In this document: one piece after another, positions 48,837 through 58,413 of the stretch
Numbering within the stretch: the first letter of the stretch is position 1
How the letters are laid out: each line of letters opens with the position of its first letter
Source: Pelagomonas calceolata
Taxonomy: Eukaryota
Reading direction: 5' to 3'
DNA length: 64,000 nt
Assembly: GCA_918797485.1 (NCBI GenBank)
Contig: CAKKNE010000002.1
Span: 372,001 to 436,000 of the forward strand
Notes under the pieces: model-generated
The model's database searches: none
The model's input: only the letters and a program-made list of their open reading frames with translations
Told to the model about the DNA's origin: nothing
Position numbers and translations under genes: made by a program

Positions 48837-51689
48837 CTAGTCGTTGACGATCTTGTACCGTACCCAGTCAAGATAGCTGCCCGGGAACATCCTAATCTCG
48901 TAGTTTTGCTTCGGCGGCGGTCCTCCGAACTTGAGTCCGTAGAGCTCCAGGAGCCGCGGTCGAGTGAGCTCTCCCGCATACGGCACGTTGTGCTCGGCGA
49001 ACGGATCGTCGTCCGCCGGCTCCTCCTCCTCTTCGTCTTCCTCTGAATCGACGTCGTTCGCGTCGTGCCACGCGATCCACTGATCGTCGCCCCACTGAAA
49101 GGCTCTATTGAAAAGGTCGACGTCGTCGGGCGCCGTCGATGGGTTGGGTTTGCAGAGCCGCTTCGCAATCGCCCACCTTTCTCTACTGTTCGGCGGCGGG
49201 TCACAGATAAGCGTGGGGTTCGCCGCGAAGATCAACTCCAACGCGTTCGCAAACCGCGAGCCTTGGGTCCACTTCGGCGGATCGGCGCGTGTAGTCACAT
49301 CCTCCATATCTTCATCCAAATCTTCATCCAAAGGCGCGGGCTCGGCCGCGGGCGCCGGTGCCGGTACTTCCCGCGGCGACCGGCGTACTAACGCGAGGTC
49401 GACGCCGATCTGGTACAGGGCGCCGTCCGGGCCAGTCGCGCGGGCCAACCGTACCAAGCGGCGGCACGTGCTTCCCAGGCCGTTATCGACCTCCTCATAC
49501 CTCTTTTCGAAGACCGTGCAGTCGTCGCGCCGCCTCCACTCAAAGAAGGACGCCGCGCCCGACGCGAAGAATCTATCCATGACGCTCTCGCGGTAGCACC
49601 TGTCGTCATACACGAACCGTTGGAGCACCTCAGTAACTTTAGTGAATGCCCTCGGCGCCGGCCAGTTGTCCGGGATCAGGCACAGGTACTGTCTATCTTT
49701 GAGCTCGTCAATGCTCTCCGACGACCCCAGGAACGCCGCGAGCTCCGCCGTGCCAGTCGTTAACTCATAATCGAGGACGTCCGCGCCCTCGTCGCAGAGC
49801 CAGTCGATGAGTTCGTCCTTCGAAGACCAGCGCCGCCACCCCACAAACGAGACGCGCGCGCCGAACACGCCCGCCGCTCCGGGGTTAGAATCTCTCAATT
49901 GCCCATCGGCGTAGTACGACTGCGTCCCAGCTAAAACAACCGTCGTCCTCGAGAGGGACCCGCCCTTCTCTTGGCCCGCGAGCGTCCGCGCCGCCCGCCG
50001 CGCCATCAACGCGAGGTGCTTCGCTCGTAACGCATCTTTCGGCGGCTCGTAGCGCTCGTCAAACAACCGCGCTTCGTCCCTAAACTGGACGACCGCGCGC
50101 ATCTCCGTGACGTCGTAGGAGTTGCGCGCGTCCTGCAGGAATTCATGGACGCTTTCGTAGCCGGCGTCCCGCGCCATATCCTCGAAGCTGTACACCTGCG
50201 CGAAGTAACCCTCAAAACAACACTCTCCCTTTCGCAAACGCGCGGTCTCGACGGCGTGGAGGTCGACGCGCCATCCCGACGGTCCAAGTTGAACTTTCTG
50301 ACGCAGCGCATGCACCAGAGCGGCTTCGCCCGGCCGCCGCGCGACGACCCAGCGGGCCCCTGAGGGATCAAAGACCGCCACGTCGCCTTGAATCGACGAC
50401 ATAAGAGCGCTATGGCGTAGGCCATAGAAAATATGCGCGTAGATGTCTAGCTGGCACCCCTTGCCGCATCCACGCAGGTGGTCCATGAGGTCCGCGTCGA
50501 CCTCACCCGACGTGCCGTAGTTCCCCATCGCCACGAGGAGCGCGACGGCGTTCGACAATAGCGCTTGCGAGTTATTTAGTTTATGGAGGCCCTCGAGAGC
50601 CGTGGTGATGGCGCCGGGATCAAAGCGACAGCGGAGGATTCTCAACGTCTCGGGCTTCTGACCGAAGTAAGAGACTATGTCCTTCGGCGCCACGAAGATC
50701 ATCACAGGCTCGGTCGCCGTCTTCAGCACATCCAGCACCTCGCCGAGCTGTCTATTGTGCTCGACGAGGTCCACCTTCTGCATCTGGTGGTGGAGCGCGA
50801 CACAGGCGTCGTGCGGGTAGGCCTTGACCGCCTCCTTCTCGACGGACGCCCACGCGGTCTTGAAGGACGCGACCGCGGCCGCGATCGTCGCCTCGACGCC
50901 GCCGTCCAGAGCTAAAACCAGGGCCCGGCGCGCCTTCAACAAATCCTCGTCGAACGCGACGGCCGAGAGCTGCTTCCGGAAGCCCTTCAATAATTTCAAA
51001 GCGACGGCCATGCCGACCGCGCCGAAGAGGCAGTGGGCGAACACGAATATTAATAACTCCCGCAGCTTCTCGTCGCCCACGGCCATGTTGAAGAAGGTGA
51101 GGAACGCCATCTCGATGTGGCACACGCCCGTGAGGTGCGATTGCTCCGACGTCAGCGCCGCGCAGATTCGCCGCAGCTCCGCGATGAGCTCGCCGTCGAC
51201 GATGTGGTGCGTCTCCTCGCCGCGCTCCTCGTAGCGGAAGAACTTGAGGTGGTACAGGACCTCGCCCAGTTTCGCGAAGGGGCCCTCCTCGCCGCCCATG
51301 ACCCACTCGCGGTGCTGGCGCAGGATCTCGTCGATCAACGTAGTGGATTGGTCGGGGCCGAGCGACAACCACCGGTTAATTTCGCGGCGGAGCGCTTCTA
51401 CATCGTAGGAGACGCCGAACGCGTTTGGGCCGTGGACGAGCTGCGTCACGACAGTAGCCACGCTTGCGAGGCGCTTCGCATTTCCGAAGTACTGCGCGAG
51501 CAGCACCATCGCCGGCAAGCCCTCGGTGCCGTAGGTGCCCCGGCACGGCACAATGTCCTCCGGCCGAGAGCGGTCCATAAACGGGTCTACTTTTCTGCCA
51601 CCGCCGCCGCGCACGCCGGCCCAGGGCTGCAGGCCGTCCGAGGCCTCCGCCACCGCCGTGGCACTTACGTCTTGCATGCTGGTCGCCAT
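48837..51689 (-). CDS. 950-aa intronless orphan protein inside the insert between the duplicated WD40 ends
   Basis: Long ATG-started ORF with globular composition and visibly weaker GC3 bias than its neighbours. Possible degenerate HNH-like motif ETHHIVDG...LTSEQSH...CH. Confidence 0.75.
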   Translation of the reverse strand: MATSMQDVSATAVAEASDGLQPWAGVRGGGGRKVDPFMDRSRPEDIVPCRGTYGTEGLPAMVLLAQYFGNAKRLASVATVVTQLVHGPNAFGVSYDVEALRREINRWLSLGPDQSTTLIDEILRQHREWVMGGEEGPFAKLGEVLYHLKFFRYEERGEETHHIVDGELIAELRRICAALTSEQSHLTGVCHIEMAFLTFFNMAVGDEKLRELLIFVFAHCLFGAVGMAVALKLLKGFRKQLSAVAFDEDLLKARRALVLALDGGVEATIAAAVASFKTAWASVEKEAVKAYPHDACVALHHQMQKVDLVEHNRQLGEVLDVLKTATEPVMIFVAPKDIVSYFGQKPETLRILRCRFDPGAITTALEGLHKLNNSQALLSNAVALLVAMGNYGTSGEVDADLMDHLRGCGKGCQLDIYAHIFYGLRHSALMSSIQGDVAVFDPSGARWVVARRPGEAALVHALRQKVQLGPSGWRVDLHAVETARLRKGECCFEGYFAQVYSFEDMARDAGYESVHEFLQDARNSYDVTEMRAVVQFRDEARLFDERYEPPKDALRAKHLALMARRAARTLAGQEKGGSLSRTTVVLAGTQSYYADGQLRDSNPGAAGVFGARVSFVGWRRWSSKDELIDWLCDEGADVLDYELTTGTAELAAFLGSSESIDELKDRQYLCLIPDNWPAPRAFTKVTEVLQRFVYDDRCYRESVMDRFFASGAASFFEWRRRDDCTVFEKRYEEVDNGLGSTCRRLVRLARATGPDGALYQIGVDLALVRRSPREVPAPAPAAEPAPLDEDLDEDMEDVTTRADPPKWTQGSRFANALELIFAANPTLICDPPPNSRERWAIAKRLCKPNPSTAPDDVDLFNRAFQWGDDQWIAWHDANDVDSEEDEEEEEPADDDPFAEHNVPYAGELTRPRLLELYGLKFGGPPPKQNYEIRMFPGSYLDWVRYKIVND

Positions 51690-51929
51690 GCTTCAGCTCC
51701 GCGGTCCGACACAAGGAGCGATGCTGTGCGACCCGTCTCGTCGCGCGCGCTGGCGCTGGAAATCGTGTTGTGCGCTACGGATTTGCTGCTGCAGCGCTCG
51801 TCCAGCGTTATGGCTGAAGAAACCGATCGCACGCAGTCGTGGGTGTACGGTGTCAATCGCTAAGGTGTGCAACCCGCTCTATGCAGCAAATCAGCGGACT
51901 TTTACTGAAGCCACTTTAATTGCTAAATT

Positions 51930-51953
51930 GCTAGTGTCTTACACGTCGCTAGC
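51930..51953 (+). promoter_or_regulatory. GCTAG dyad motif copy
   Basis: GCTAGTGTCTTACACGTCGCTAGC, between divergent ATGs 51689 (-) and 51979 (+). Confidence 0.65.
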
Positions 51954-51978
51954 TAGCTCTTAGTCGGCCTCGACAATT

Positions 51979-52413
51979 ATGAGCCAACCAGCGGATCGCG
52001 TGGTATACCGCGACGCCAGAGACGATTACCACAATGCTATGCAAAAACTGAGCGCCGGAGTATTTTTCGACGGCCTCGAGGGCCGCCCAATAGAGGACAA
52101 AAGGGCACAAATTTGCGAGCTCTTCGAGACAGCGGTCGCAGCGGTCCCCGCGGCCGCCGACGCCGCGGGGCGCGCGCCGGCGCCGGCAAGACAACGATTA
52201 GCGCGACAGTCGCCACCGACGCCCGCCGACTTACTCTGGCACGCGACGGCGGCGACGAACGAATCGCCCGCGGCCGGCGGCGACCGCGGCGCAAACGCGT
52301 CGCCGCCTCCCCGCGAGGGCGGCGAAGAGCTCTCTGCATGTGTGGGCTCGCTGCAAGTGAGCGAGGCGCGTGACCCGGGCGGCGTTGCGACCGGCGCCCC
52401 CAGAGCACAATGA
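51979..52413 (+). CDS. Hypothetical protein (possibly a decayed gene)
   Basis: ATG 26 bp after a dyad motif. Downstream sequence looks coding in another frame (QREEQDQKELNFDDWR). Confidence 0.4.
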   Translation: MSQPADRVVYRDARDDYHNAMQKLSAGVFFDGLEGRPIEDKRAQICELFETAVAAVPAAADAAGRAPAPARQRLARQSPPTPADLLWHATAATNESPAAGGDRGANASPPPREGGEELSACVGSLQVSEARDPGGVATGAPRAQ

Positions 52414-52566
52414 TGTGCCGGCGCCCCCCTCCGAACCGCCCAAGGACGTCGTGACGCGCGTCGTGCTGCCCACGCCCGCAGCGCGAGGAACAGGACCAGA
52501 AGGAGCTCAACTTCGATGACTGGCGTAATCAGAAAAGAAGGAATATCCTAAGGAAAAACTTGATCG

Positions 52567-55215
52567 TTAACATAGCACAACACTCGCCACGCCGTCGTCG
52601 CCGTAGACGAGCGCGCCGTCCTCAGTCGAACAGCAGCCGCGCACGTCGCCCAGGACGACGTCAACAATTGAAAGCAACCGGAGCGTCGCCGCGGTGGCCG
52701 CCGTGGCGCGCGTCCAGCCGCCAGCAAAACTCAGGTCCTCCGCGACGCGCCAGGCTGACACGACGCCGTCGCCGCGCGCGGCGACGACGACGCGCCCGTC
52801 GCGCGTGAACGCTAGCCCGCGCACCGGCGCGCAGCCGCCGAGGGCGACGACCTCGACGCGCGCTGACGACCGCCGGACCGCGACGGTCGCTATCTTTGCA
52901 TCGTCCCCGCCCGAAACAATTAAAACACCATCAGGATCGACGCGGCGCGCCGCAAGCGCGCCGACGCCGGCGGCGTGGGGCGCCACGGCGAGCGCGAGGG
53001 AGGTGCCGGTCCCACGCAGCTCCCACATGGCAATCGTCCCCGTCGAGAGGCCAGCTATGACCAGGTCGGCGTCGCCGAGCGGCGCATGCGCCGCGGCGCA
53101 GACCGGCGCGCCGTCCCAGGCCAACGTCGCGACGACGCGGTCACTTTTCACAACGCGCAGCGCCCCCGCCGAGTCGCCCACGACATAGGACAAACCACCG
53201 TCGGCGTCCCAGGCGGCGGCAGCCGTGAGGCGCTGGTTCAGCGCGTCCGCATCCGCGAGTCTCAATGAAGCGACGCGGCGCCCTGCGCGCCACGTCGCCA
53301 CGACGTCGACGCTGCCTGCGATCACGACGTCGCCGACGCGGGCCAGGGCGCGCTGCGCGTGGGCCGCCGGCGAGCAGCGGCGCGTCTGTTCTCTCAGATC
53401 CGCGGCGTACTCGGCGAGGTCGCCGCCGCCGCCGGCCAGGACCACGCGGCCGCTTTCCAGGGTTACGGCGGCCGCGACGCCGTCGGCGACGAGCGGCGCG
53501 CCGCATGTTACACATTTTGTCTCGCTCTCGACGATAAGAAAATCGTTGTCGTCGCTCGCCGCCGCCACGGCGCGCACGGAATTACCGGCGACGCGGACGC
53601 CGTGCGGCCGGCCTCGGTTCGTGCCCGCGACCGTCGCCCTCCTCATATTCGTCGCGACGTCCAGCACGACGAGCTCGGCCCCGACGACGCCCCAGGTCAC
53701 GTCATCACAAACGCCGGACACAGAAACGTGGAGCGGTTGTATTGATGCGAGGTGGGGCGCGTCGTCGTCGACCTCGAACGTCGCCATCTTCCCGTCGCGG
53801 CCGAAGGAGTGCAGCACGCCATTAGCGAATTGGACGGCCAGCACGGCGCTCTTGGCGTGGGCGTCGGCGCGCCAGAGGAGCGCGCCGTCTTCAATAAGAG
53901 CGACGCGGCCGCGGCTGTCGCCGACAACCCAGCGCCCGTCGCCCCCGCTCGCGACGGCCGTGACGGCGCCCAGCGCGTTGTCCGCGACGGGCGCGAGCGT
54001 CGCCACGCAGGCGCCATCGCGCCACGCGCAGCAGCGCCGGTCGACGGAGGCCACGACCAAGTCGTCGCCGACCCACCAGCCGCTCACGGCCGCCGCCGCG
54101 CCGGTCGAGAAGGTTGTCGAAGAGCCGCTCTCCACCTCAAGTATGACGACGGAACTCCCGCCGCCTCCTATCAAAGCGACCCGGTCTTCCCGGGCGTCCA
54201 GCGCGAGCCGGCGCGCCGCGCCGTGGACGCCGAGGTCGCGCCACTCACCTATTACGAGGTCGAGGCGCCACAATTTCTTGCTCGCGAAGCAGGCGAGGAC
54301 GGCGTCCCGCAGGACGCAGACTGCCGTCGGCGCGGTCGTCTCCGGCGCTCGTACGCGCCGCGCGGTCTGCGCGGCGACGGCGTCGCGCAGCGACCAGACG
54401 CGCGCCGTGCCGTCGTGGCCGCCCGTCGCGACGTATCCATTACAACCGCCGAGGCACCGCACGTGCTTGCCCGCGTGGCCGCGCAGCGTCGCGACGCGCG
54501 CGCCGTCGCCCGCGCGCCACACGATGGCCGTTCCGTCCTGCGAGCCGGAGACGACGTACGCGTCGACGGCGACGGCGCACCAGCAGCGCGCCGCGTGGCC
54601 CACGCCCGTCCAGACTTTTTCGAGCGCGTCTCCATTGATACGCCAGCGCGTCACGCGCCGATCGTCCGACGTCGACAGGACGTCTTCGCCGGCCCAGGCT
54701 ATCGAGGTGATCACGCCCCCGTGCGCCTCGTCGCGACCGACGCTTTCGACGACGATACGTCCGAAGGCGTCGCCGCCGCACGCCTTTACCAATTCACCGG
54801 CGACCCGTAGCGCGCCGCACCGGAGCTCGCCGCTCGTTTGCAGGGCGGCCGTCGCGCCCCGTCGTGCCAGCGTCGCGGCGTCGCGCCGCTCCACCGCGCC
54901 GGCCGACGTCAGCGTCGCTACGTCTTCGCTCGACGCGAACGCGGCGGCCACGCAGCGCGTCTCCGTTGCGATTGTCGTGACGGCGTCGCCCCGCGCGACG
55001 CCGACCGCGTCGACGCCCCAGGCGAGCAGGGCGCCGTCGTCGTTGCAGGCTAGGCCGTGGACGCGGCACGGGAGCAGCGTCCGCGTTCGCTGGAGCTTGC
55101 CGGAATTTGCATCGTACGTGTGGAGGCGGCCATGAATGGCAGCATGCACGTCGTTGCCGCGCAGCACGACTGCTGTGACGGGGCCGTGGTGCGCCTCACC
55201 CAGTGTGAGCTGCAT
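52567..55215 (-). CDS. WD40-repeat protein, WDR6/Trm734-like
   Basis: AHGGVITSIAW, STSDDRRV, GHAARCW, GSQDGTA, GHAGKHV, TGGHDGTARVW and SGGDDA repeats. Confidence 0.8.
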   Translation of the reverse strand: MQLTLGEAHHGPVTAVVLRGNDVHAAIHGRLHTYDANSGKLQRTRTLLPCRVHGLACNDDGALLAWGVDAVGVARGDAVTTIATETRCVAAAFASSEDVATLTSAGAVERRDAATLARRGATAALQTSGELRCGALRVAGELVKACGGDAFGRIVVESVGRDEAHGGVITSIAWAGEDVLSTSDDRRVTRWRINGDALEKVWTGVGHAARCWCAVAVDAYVVSGSQDGTAIVWRAGDGARVATLRGHAGKHVRCLGGCNGYVATGGHDGTARVWSLRDAVAAQTARRVRAPETTAPTAVCVLRDAVLACFASKKLWRLDLVIGEWRDLGVHGAARRLALDAREDRVALIGGGGSSVVILEVESGSSTTFSTGAAAAVSGWWVGDDLVVASVDRRCCAWRDGACVATLAPVADNALGAVTAVASGGDGRWVVGDSRGRVALIEDGALLWRADAHAKSAVLAVQFANGVLHSFGRDGKMATFEVDDDAPHLASIQPLHVSVSGVCDDVTWGVVGAELVVLDVATNMRRATVAGTNRGRPHGVRVAGNSVRAVAAASDDNDFLIVESETKCVTCGAPLVADGVAAAVTLESGRVVLAGGGGDLAEYAADLREQTRRCSPAAHAQRALARVGDVVIAGSVDVVATWRAGRRVASLRLADADALNQRLTAAAAWDADGGLSYVVGDSAGALRVVKSDRVVATLAWDGAPVCAAAHAPLGDADLVIAGLSTGTIAMWELRGTGTSLALAVAPHAAGVGALAARRVDPDGVLIVSGGDDAKIATVAVRRSSARVEVVALGGCAPVRGLAFTRDGRVVVAARGDGVVSAWRVAEDLSFAGGWTRATAATAATLRLLSIVDVVLGDVRGCCSTEDGALVYGDDGVASVVLC

Positions 55216-55350
55216 TGGTGTCAGCGCATTAGTGCTGCGGCATTACTGCTGCAAGTTGCACAGGGTTTCGAGCACTGATGCAGGCAGCAACTTGCGATGC
55301 GTAATTGGACTTTGCCCAGCATGCTGCAGCAGCCTGCCAGTCTGCTTGCT

Positions 55351-55374
55351 GCTAGTGCCTTACAGACCGCTAGC
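55351..55374 (+). promoter_or_regulatory. GCTAG dyad motif copy
   Basis: GCTAGTGCCTTACAGACCGCTAGC, between divergent ATGs 55215 (-) and 55627 (+). Confidence 0.65.
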
Positions 55375-55626
55375 TCGTTGCGGGCGGGGAACCGGTCCGA
55401 GTCGAGCTTTCGCCCTTTGACGGGGTCCTTGTACGGTCCTCAAAACCCGTAATAGCAAAAACGTTGAGCGCTGGCGCTGCGTACAACGCTTCGTCCGCGC
55501 CCGTTCGAGGCCGCTTGGAGCTTGCGTCGTGTGCGACTGCCTCCGTGTAAGCGAGGGCAACTGCCCAGGGACGCCGCGCGGCGATTTTCGGCAGCGAACA
55601 GGCAGCCCCAAAGGCAGCCCCAAACG

Positions 55627-56334
55627 ATGGCTGAAGAAACGAAGGACGAAGGCCGCACCAGACGCCGTAGACGCAGCGTCTCCAAGGCGACGCGCTGGGC
55701 GGACTGGACGTGCGCGGCGCCGGATGGGGAACACCTGGCCACATTGCGGAGCATCGACGACGCCCGCCACGAAAGACTCGGCGAGCTGCACGGCCCCGAC
55801 CAGGACGCGTTCTTCGCGCGCGCGTCGGACCGGGAGATGCTGCGCATGGTGGGCTGGGCCGGCGACGCGACGCGCTTCGATAGGGAACTGCGGGGCGAGG
55901 GGCCGGCGTGCGCGCTCGGGTCGGCCTACTACTGCGACCCCGGGCGCGAGGGCGCGCGCCCGGACGCCTGTTATATGGGCGGGCCGCTGCCCAACGCCCA
56001 GGATTTAAATGAGAGGCAGGCGAAGCCGCCGCCGCGCGTGCCCGGGTTCCTCGAGGCGACGCGCGAGGCCCGGGACTTGCTGAGGCTGGGGGACGAGGGC
56101 GCCGTGGACCTCGACGGGACCTTCTCGTCGGAAATTGCCGCGCGGCCGCCGCCGCTGCCGGCCGGCGTCCTCGCGCCCGTGCCCAAGCGGCGGGAGATGT
56201 CCGACTTCGGCATGATCGAGCGCTTCGAGAAGACGTACCCGCAGGAGAAGCCTCCCTTACCTTCTGGTCCTGACTGGGCGCGGAACGACCGCGGGGGTTG
56301 GACGTGGAAGGGGCGAGCGATCGGGGTGCAGTAG
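55627..56334 (+). CDS. Hypothetical protein
   Basis: ORF from ATG 55627 with host-like codon usage, preceded by a dyad motif. Confidence 0.6.
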   Translation: MAEETKDEGRTRRRRRSVSKATRWADWTCAAPDGEHLATLRSIDDARHERLGELHGPDQDAFFARASDREMLRMVGWAGDATRFDRELRGEGPACALGSAYYCDPGREGARPDACYMGGPLPNAQDLNERQAKPPPRVPGFLEATREARDLLRLGDEGAVDLDGTFSSEIAARPPPLPAGVLAPVPKRREMSDFGMIERFEKTYPQEKPPLPSGPDWARNDRGGWTWKGRAIGVQ

Positions 56335-56369
56335 TCACATCACGTAAAGTTAATCTTGGGCGCTGCTTC

Positions 56370-57665
56370 CTACGCGACACCGAGTAAGCCGCGCTTGAAC
56401 GCCTTGGACGCGTCGCCGTCGCCGTTCTTGACGAATCTCGCGAACTCGTCGAAGGAGACGTCCCCGCTGGAGTCCGTGTCGGCGGCGGCGAACGTGGCCT
56501 GCGCAGTGGCGTCGTCGGTCTTGATGCCGAAACTAAACAGAGCGATGCGCAGCTCGTCCGGCGAGATCTTGCCATCGCGATTCGTGTCGATGAAGCGGAA
56601 CTCGCGTTTCAGGGCATCGTCGCGCCCGCCCTCTTCGACGGAGTACTCCATCTGCCCCGTTACCGCGAGATGCGACTCGTAGAACGTGTACCAGTCGTAG
56701 AGGCAGTGGGCAACAATGGGCGCCGCGAGGCCGCCCGTCGCAAACGCGAGCAAAGTGAACGACGTGCCGGTGAAGACTTGCAGCGCAAACAGGAGTAGCG
56801 TCTCCTTGCCGAGCGCGAGCGGGTTGATGTGGCCCAGGGCGAAGAGCAGAATCGCGCAGCCCGCGCCCGGTAAAGCACCCAGGTTCTCCGCGAGGCGAGA
56901 CGTCACGACCTGTGGAAATGAAATGTCGCGGCGCTTCTCCTTCCACGGCCCAATCATGCTCCACGCCATCGACGCGATGCCTGCTCGACGGCGTGGCGGT
57001 GTCGATTCCTCACCGCTCGACGGAGCCAGCACGGCCGCGTCATTGTCGAGACTGACTTAGTGAAGAATTATCGGGTGCACGCGACACTGGTTGATTTCCA
57101 CACAGGTCACGACGCCGCGGAACACCGTCTCCTCCGTCAAAGCGACGAGCGTGGCTATGCCCAAGCTAACGACGCCGGCGACGATGGGCTGCGGCCTCGG
57201 CCCGAAGAGACGTAGCACAAGCATGTTCGTCGAGAGATTGAGCTCCGCGAAGAGCGGGTTCGGGCTTTTCTCGATGAAGCGGCCCACCGCGACGACCGCC
57301 GCGCCGCCCACTACGCCAATGCCAAGAGACACGGGATCAAACTGCGTCGCCGCGAGGAGCTGGCGGCCGTCCCCATTTAAGATCCAGATCGAGTAGCCGA
57401 CGACGAGCTGATTGATGACGATCGACCGGAGCATGTTCTTATTAAGAAAGGGCCGCCCGGTGGGCTCGACCGCCGCCTGAAGCGGCTGGAGGCGAGCTCG
57501 CGGCGGCGACGCCGTCGGCCAGCGGACCGGTAATCTTGAGCTGCTCTGCGAAACAGGGCTGCGAAACCGGGCTGTGTGTTTGCTCAGCTGCGGCGGGCCC
57601 ACCAATGCTGCCGACTGTTGCGCGAGCTGCAGCAGCGCAAGGCATTGATAGACTTGCGATAGCAT
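56370..57665 (-). CDS. CPBP (CAAX protease/Abi) intramembrane metalloprotease with C-terminal EF-hands, plastid-targeted, 2 exons
   Basis: EETVFRG, FALGH and AHCLYD motifs. EF-hands DTNRDGKISPDEL and DTDSSGDVSFDEF. Intron 56910-57113 (204 nt) gives ..TVFRGVVTSRL.. Confidence 0.85.
56910..57105 (-). mobile_element. Introner element with perfect 8-bp TSD
   Basis: Minus strand reads GTCGTGAC|CTGTGTGGAAATCAA...TTTCATTTCCACAG|GTCGTGAC. The donor GT comes from the TSD and the acceptor from the TIR. Homologous to 7347-7547. Confidence 0.92.
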
Positions 57666-57743
57666 TTCGTCGATTGCCCTTACGCTGTAATTTAAGCGTG
57701 TGCACGCCGAAAAAACTTGTGGCAGCCAAGTTAATCTTTTGAG

Positions 57744-57768
57744 GCTAGAGGCCCTGTAACACACTAGC
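57744..57768 (-). promoter_or_regulatory. GCTAG dyad motif copy
   Basis: Reverse complement GCTAGTGTGTTACAGGGCCTCTAGC, 79 bp before ATG 57665. Confidence 0.6.
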
Positions 57769-57917
57769 AAGGAGCAATATACTCGACGGCGCTACGGGCT
57801 CAACGGAGACGTAGCGGAGACGCCAAAGCGTCGCAATTCACCAGATCTAGAGCTCCCTGGCCAGCGGTTTCATTTCAGGCATCTTTGGCTCTTTGACCTT
57901 TTTTCAGGCCCCATACG

Positions 57918-58412
57918 ATGATGAATCCGGCCGCGGCAGGCGACGGAGGAGGCGACGCGGCGGCCTGGACTGCGACCGAGAGTTACGGCGACGAGGAGGA
58001 GGTAACGACGACGACGGGCGCGAAGCCGTGCCTCGTCTGGGTCTTCCGCGTCATCAACATGATTCTGTGCGTCATGATGGCGGCGACGGGCGCGATCGGT
58101 ATCAAAGAAATGCGCTACGAGTTCCTGGGCGACCTCGTGCCGCTCTACATCATCGCGCTGGCCGCGCTCTGGTTTTGTTACGAGGTCAACACCATCCGAC
58201 CGTGCCCGCCGATCACGGGGCTCTACAAGCGGAACTTCGGCTTCTTCTACAACGCGCTCGGCAAGGCCCTCTTCATCATATTCATGGGCCTCCTCTGTTT
58301 TGGTGTGGAAGCCGGTTCGCTAGGCATCATCACGGGCCTCGCCGTAGCGATTGACGGCGCGCTGCTCATACTCCTGTTCCTGAAATATCCCCACATGTAT
58401 CCCAAGGACTAA
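57918..58412 (+). CDS. COPI-associated / Tvp15-like Golgi membrane protein
   Basis: YKRNFGFFYNALGKALFIIFMG motif and four TM segments. Confidence 0.75.
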   Translation: MMNPAAAGDGGGDAAAWTATESYGDEEEVTTTTGAKPCLVWVFRVINMILCVMMAATGAIGIKEMRYEFLGDLVPLYIIALAALWFCYEVNTIRPCPPITGLYKRNFGFFYNALGKALFIIFMGLLCFGVEAGSLGIITGLAVAIDGALLILLFLKYPHMYPKD

Positions 58413-58413
58413 A

